From Paracoccaceae bacterium (lineage in GTDB: Bacteria; Pseudomonadota; Alphaproteobacteria; Rhodobacterales; Rhodobacteraceae), in contig OZ242030.1 in the NCBI GenBank assembly GCA_965205055.1, positions 787,116 through 851,115 on the forward strand: 64,000 bases of DNA. Reading direction: 5' to 3'. A model generated the notes under the pieces. It was not told the origin of the DNA and did no database searches. It saw nothing but the letters and a program-made list of their open reading frames with translations. The position numbers were made by a program, and so were the translations under genes. Below, in pieces: positions 60,035 through 64,000 of this stretch. Position 1 is the first letter of the stretch; the number at the start of each line of letters is the position of its first letter.

Positions 60035-60967
60035 TTGCAGATTATCCTTGAAGTAACGGTTCCGGTATTTCTGATTATCGGATTGGGCTATGCGGTCGTT
60101 TGGCGCAAATTGCTGTCCGCCGAACAGACGGACGGCCTGATGAGTTTCGCGCAAGGCATCGCCATCCCCTGCCTGCTCTTCAGAGCCGTATCGCAGATGG
60201 ATTTGGGATCCGGCTTCAACATCCTCATGCTGGTCTCGTTCTACGGGAGCTGCCTGGTCGTCTTCTTCGTGGGGATACTCGGCGCGCGGTTTCTTTTCGG
60301 CCGGCCTTGGGAAGACTCCGTGGTGATCGGGTTTGCCTGCCTCTTCAGCAATAGCGTGCTGCTTGGCCTCGCGATCATTGGCAGAGCCTTCGACGAAGCG
60401 GCACTGGAGAGCTGCGTCGTCATCGTCGCATTCCATGCGCCGTTCTGCTACCTGCTCGGGATAAGCACGATGGAAATCGTGCGCAGCCGGAGCGCGAATT
60501 TGCTTCGGACATCGCGGACCACTGCGACAACCATCTTCAAGAACCCCATCATGCTGGGAATTTTCTTGGGGATGGCATTCAACCTGCTGGACATCGCACT
60601 GCCCTCCCTTGTCGCGGACGCATTGGACATGCTTGCCAGATCAGCTCTGCCCGCCGCATTGTTCGCGCTCGGGGGCGTACTCGTCAGATACAGGCCGGAA
60701 GGCGAATTCAGGGTCATCGCGTGGATCGGCGTGCTCGGCCTGATCGTTCACCCCGCCGTCACCTGGATCTTGTCTCACATCGTTTTTGAATTGAACGCCA
60801 GTCTCATTCAAGGCGCCGTCATCACGGCTGCGATGGCGCCGGGCGTGAACGCCTACATTTTTTCAAATCTGTACGGGCGCGCAAAACGGGTCGTCGCCAG
60901 CAGCGTTTTGCTTGGAACTGCCTTCTCCATTGCAACCGGCTCGGCTTGGATAGCAATCGTCGGATAG
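60035..60967 (+). CDS. AEC-family (auxin efflux carrier) transporter
   Basis: About 10 TM segments and an N-terminus ILEVTVPVFLIIGLGY typical of the family. TTG start. Confidence 0.8.
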   Translation: MQIILEVTVPVFLIIGLGYAVVWRKLLSAEQTDGLMSFAQGIAIPCLLFRAVSQMDLGSGFNILMLVSFYGSCLVVFFVGILGARFLFGRPWEDSVVIGFACLFSNSVLLGLAIIGRAFDEAALESCVVIVAFHAPFCYLLGISTMEIVRSRSANLLRTSRTTATTIFKNPIMLGIFLGMAFNLLDIALPSLVADALDMLARSALPAALFALGGVLVRYRPEGEFRVIAWIGVLGLIVHPAVTWILSHIVFELNASLIQGAVITAAMAPGVNAYIFSNLYGRAKRVVASSVLLGTAFSIATGSAWIAIVG

Positions 60968-61110
60968 CGCAGCATTCAGCAGTTGAACACGACGTCTGCC
61001 ACACTTCGGGCCCGACGCAATTCGAGATTGCGCTCACTTGCTTCAAGCCAATGCGTTTTCGGGGGAGGCAACAAATTGCCAAGCCGGAAAAACCTGAGCC
61101 GCCAATCGAT

Positions 61111-61197
61111 TGGTGCGGCCGAGAAGACTCGAACTTCCACGGGTCTTACCCCACAGCGACCTCAACGCTGCGCGTCTACCAATTCCGCCACGGCCGC
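61111..61197 (-). tRNA. tRNA-Leu (GAG)
   Basis: GCGGCCGTGGCGGAATTGGTAGACGC...CAGCGTTGAGGTCGCTG (anticodon GAG), long variable arm, GGTTCGAGTC T-loop region, CCA end. Confidence 0.93.
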
Positions 61198-61305
61198 GAC
61201 TCAGGTTTAGTCATCGTATATTGGTTTGGCACGGAAAAGTGAAGCGTTTTTCGCCGGCCCGTCAGTAACTTGCATCATGCATTGATGCACACGATGTTGC
61301 AGGAG

Positions 61306-61585
61306 ATGATTTGATGCTTTCGATTCAAGGAAACCGAGCGGTTTTTTTCGAGGAAGTCGTGTTCGGCGATTCGTTGATTTCGAACGGCCCGCCAAGCGCA
61401 GATAGTTGTAGCTCAATGCAGCTGGTTGTCTCGATTCCTTGAATGCGCCGCCGGGAAATCAGTTTGAATCTTTGAAGGGCGGTCGGAGCGGTTCGCATAG
61501 CATCCGTATCAACGGCCAATGGAGCATTTGCTTTCGCTTTGAGGATGGAGATGCTTATGACGTCGAAATCTCCGATTGCCGCTGA
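61306..61585 (+). pseudogene. higB: HigB (RelE/ParE-family killer) toxin, decayed
   Basis: MI*CFRFKETERFF.. with an in-frame TGA at codon 3 and frame changes. The C-terminal half is readable: ..PPGNQFESLKGGRSGSHSIRINGQWSICFRFEDGDAYDVEISDCR*. An inverted repeat TGCATCA-N5-TGATGCA lies upstream. Confidence 0.7.
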
Positions 61586-61607
61586 TGTCACTGATGGAGA
61601 CATCGGC

Positions 61608-61703
61608 ATGACTAAGCTTGAACCAATTCATCCGGGCGAAATTTTGAAGTGGGACTTCATGGATCCCTTGAGTTTGCCCGCTGAGGCGCTGTTCGAACTC
61701 TGA
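61608..61703 (+). pseudogene. higA: HigA antitoxin, truncated after ~30 codons
   Basis: MTKLEPIHPGEILKWDFMDPLSLPAEAL.. then a stop. The HTH domain is missing and IS-derived sequence follows. Confidence 0.7.
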
Positions 61704-61719
61704 CTTCGGGCCAGCCGCG

Positions 61720-61956
61720 GATGCATTGCAGCATCTGCTGGAAACGCGGATTGTCGTTCGGAGTCGGCGTCGAGGAAAGCGTTCGCAAGCAGATATGCGG
61801 CAGCCGATTCAAATGGCGGCGAGTCGTTGGTCGAAATTTTGCGCCAATGCCTTGCTCGCCCTCAAGTGCTGCTTCGAAAACAACCCGAGGCCCAAAATCA
61901 TCGATTGGATGGATTGCAGCGCAGCCGCCGCCTGACCAGAAGTAATGGGACGCCCC
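61720..61956 (+). mobile_element. 3'-terminal remnant (copy D) of ISKra4-like IS
   Basis: ..WKRGLSFGVGVEESVRKQICGSRFK.. (frameshift) ..RWSKFCANALLALKCCFENNPRPKIIDW.., ending AATGGGACGCCCC. Confidence 0.6.
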
Positions 61957-62212
61957 GATTGCCCGACCAGGAAAAATTCCTTGCGCGCTTGGACCGAACG
62001 GATGGGCCGCGCGACGACACGTCCAAGCTCGAGAACGCCGCGCAAGCTGTCGTCTTCCGCGCCGAGCCTTTGCGAAAAAAAACGGATGGACGGCCAGCGC
62101 GAAGCGATATAGAGTGCGGAAATATGAAGCGGCCATTCGCGCCGAATGGTTCGGCGATGCGGCGTCCGGCCCGATGCGCGCCTGATGAACTTGTTGCGAC
62201 GGGAATTGGGCG

Positions 62213-62569
62213 ATGAGCGAGCCGACGATCCATGAGGTTTCCAAGGAACTGGCGACGCTGAGGGAACAGATGAACACGCACCAAGCGAAGTATGAAGGCG
62301 CTTTGGACAGATTCCACGCCACCATGTCGAAAAACGACGCCGCCTTCGAAAGGCTCCGGACCGACATGGCCAATAACTTGGCCAAAAACCAAGGTGCGTT
62401 CGAAGAGCTCCGGACCGACATGGCGAAGCGGGATGCCGATATGGCGAAGCGGGATGCCGACGCGGCGCACCGCGAAATCATCCGCTTGCGATGGCAGATC
62501 GGCATATGGATCGCCGGCGTTCTCGTCACAATCGCGGCGTTGGGAATCTTCATCCGTTTGGCGATCTGA
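62213..62569 (+). CDS. tail-anchored coiled-coil membrane protein (DUF1640-like by recollection)
   Basis: 118 aa. Coiled coil with repeated ..F(E)ELRTDMA.. and MAKRDAD x2 (21-bp tandem DNA repeat 62420-62461), and a C-terminal TM RWQIGIWIAGVLVTIAALGIFIRLAI. Confidence 0.7.
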   Translation: MSEPTIHEVSKELATLREQMNTHQAKYEGALDRFHATMSKNDAAFERLRTDMANNLAKNQGAFEELRTDMAKRDADMAKRDADAAHREIIRLRWQIGIWIAGVLVTIAALGIFIRLAI

Positions 62570-62681
62570 CGCGTTGCGGCGTGCAGCGCGCCCATGCCTG
62601 CGCTCATTGGCTGAACGCGCCGACAAGATTTCCGCATTCCATATCCTTCGTAATGCACGGCTCCAAGACCTTCGGGGAACC

Positions 62682-62843
62682 GGGCGCATCCCGATTTTTT
62701 GGTCAATCGATTGCGGCGCGGCAATCTTCTCCAATCGATGATTTCGCGCCTGCGGCTGGTTTCCAAGCGGCATTCGAGGCGAGCAGGGCGTCGGCTTTCG
62801 ATGGGCGGCATCCCGCGCGACCGAAAATTATGCGATGCGTCCC
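62682..62843 (-). mobile_element. MITE copy C
   Basis: Collinear with copies A and B. Termini are GGGCGCATCCC and GCGATGCGTCCC. It lies 43 nt upstream of the lipB ATG. Confidence 0.75.
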
Positions 62844-62885
62844 GTCGGGGCTGCAGATCGGAAAATTCGAAACATTCGGGCAAAA

Positions 62886-63578
62886 ATGGTGGACTGGATA
62901 ACGAATTCAGATCTTGTGGAGTACGCCGACGCCGTGCAGGAAATGGAGGCGCGCGTCGACCGCATTGCCGCCGGAACTTCCAGCGAGGCCGTATGGCTTT
63001 TGGAGCACCCTCCCCTCTACACTGCCGGGAAGAGCGCAAAATCGACGGACCTGAATTCGAATCCTCGTTTTCCCGTGCTCGAGACCTCTCGCGGCGGACA
63101 GTACACCTATCACGGCCCCGGCCAGCGCGTGGCCTATATCATGCTGGATTTGCGTCGGCGCGACCGCGATGTGAAGAAATTCGTCAGGATGATCCAAAAC
63201 TGGGCCATTATCGCCTTGCGCGACTTCGGAGTTCAGGGCCGCTCCAGTTCCAATGGAATCGGCGTTTGGGTCGAGCGTCGAACATCGATGGACCGGGACG
63301 GACCGGAAAGCGAACGGAAAATCGCCGCGATCGGACTCCGGCTCCGAAGATGGATCAGCTTCCACGGAATTTCGATAAATGTGGCGCCCGATCTTGATCA
63401 CTATTCCGACATCGTGCCCTGCGGCATCCGCGACTTCGGCGTTTCAAGCTTGGCCGACCTCGGAGTCGAGGCGACCATGCAGGATGTCGACAGAGCGCTC
63501 ATTCGCAATTTCGACGCCGCGTTTCATTGCGGCGACGAAGGCGCTCCTCCCGAATGGCGTGCGTGCCGCAAGACTTGA
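62886..63578 (+). CDS. lipB: octanoyltransferase
   Basis: ..VWLLEHPPLYTAG...RGGQYTYHGPGQ.. motifs; ATG 62886 inside the longer track ORF. Confidence 0.92.
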   Translation: MVDWITNSDLVEYADAVQEMEARVDRIAAGTSSEAVWLLEHPPLYTAGKSAKSTDLNSNPRFPVLETSRGGQYTYHGPGQRVAYIMLDLRRRDRDVKKFVRMIQNWAIIALRDFGVQGRSSSNGIGVWVERRTSMDRDGPESERKIAAIGLRLRRWISFHGISINVAPDLDHYSDIVPCGIRDFGVSSLADLGVEATMQDVDRALIRNFDAAFHCGDEGAPPEWRACRKT

Positions 63579-63700
63579 ACGAAGCGTGAAGCATCCGCCG
63601 ACAGTTGAGTTATCGGCGGCCCTGCTGTATCAACGCCGAGGGCAGACGGAGACAAAATCGGCATAGGCCGTTTTCCAAACAAAATCTAAAGAGGGATGTC

Positions 63701-64000
63701 ATGGCTGACATAACTGCGCACTCGGAAGAGCATCACGAGAATATCGGGTTTTTCACGCGTTGGTTCATGTCAACGAACCATAAGGATATCGGCATCCTCT
63801 ACATCGTGACGGCGGCTGTCGTCGGTTTCGTTTCGGTTGCGTTCACCGTTTACATGCGGATGGAGCTGATGGAGCCCGGGGTGCAGTACATGTGCCTCGA
63901 AGGGGCGAGCTTGGCCGCGGCCGCGGTGGAGGACTGCACCCCCAACGGCCACCTGTGGAACGTATTGATTACAGGCCACGGGATTCTGATGATGTTCTTC
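63701..64000 (+). CDS. ctaD: cytochrome c oxidase subunit I (5' partial; runs off the window)
   Basis: [36 protein letters not shown]...GHGILMMFF. An SD-like AGAGGGA precedes it. It is not in the ORF track because no stop falls inside the window. Confidence 0.9.
   Translation, partial: MADITAHSEEHHENIGFFTRWFMSTNHKDIGILYIVTAAVVGFVSVAFTVYMRMELMEPGVQYMCLEGASLAAAAVEDCTPNGHLWNVLITGHGILMMFF

Noticed and set aside
62673-62852. Target-site duplication around MITE C alone (TCGGGG on both sides)
   Set aside because: The two hexamers are at different distances from the termini (5 nt vs 1 nt), so they do not behave as a TSD. Likewise, no TSD was found for MITE A or B individually.
61657-63039. 460-aa minus-strand ORF across the tRNA-Leu/lipB islet
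   Set aside because: It runs antisense through IS remnants, the coiled-coil gene and the lipB 5' end. It has arginine-rich, low-complexity composition and no motif.

Overview
Chromosomal window from an alphaproteobacterium, roughly high-50s % GC by eye. Housekeeping blocks run zapA | tkt-gap-pgk-fba | ftsB-pdhABC | cysE | mltG-fabF-acpP-fabG-fabD | rpsF-rpsR-rplI | acs | rpe ... dac-tmk-holB-tatD ... lipB | ctaD. About 55 apparently intact CDS and 2 tRNAs can be supported. Small, mostly decayed accessory islets sit between these blocks. They hold remnants of at least five IS families: IS630-like, IS256 (one complete copy with an 8-bp TSD), IS110-like, IS5-like, and an ISKra4-like element whose ends occur six times, three of them as ~165-bp MITEs. 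They also hold TA modules (vapBC looks intact; brnTA and higBA are decayed). Three inactivated TbpB-like surface-lipoprotein genes are present, two of them in a ~2.5-kb tandem duplication, and a secreted ankyrin-repeat protein lies next to tRNA-Ser. A compact ChrR/sigma-E photooxidative-stress locus carries four copies of a TGATC(C/T)-N16-CG(T/A)A promoter-like motif. The most unusual structure is a 1,361-bp MITE-bounded cassette (29050-30410). It has perfect 11-bp terminal inverted repeats and a 9-bp target-site duplication, and it carries a single heptad-repeat membrane protein. A second coiled-coil membrane-protein gene bounded by ends of the same IS lies at 62.2 kb. All family assignments come from reading the translations, and no database search was run.
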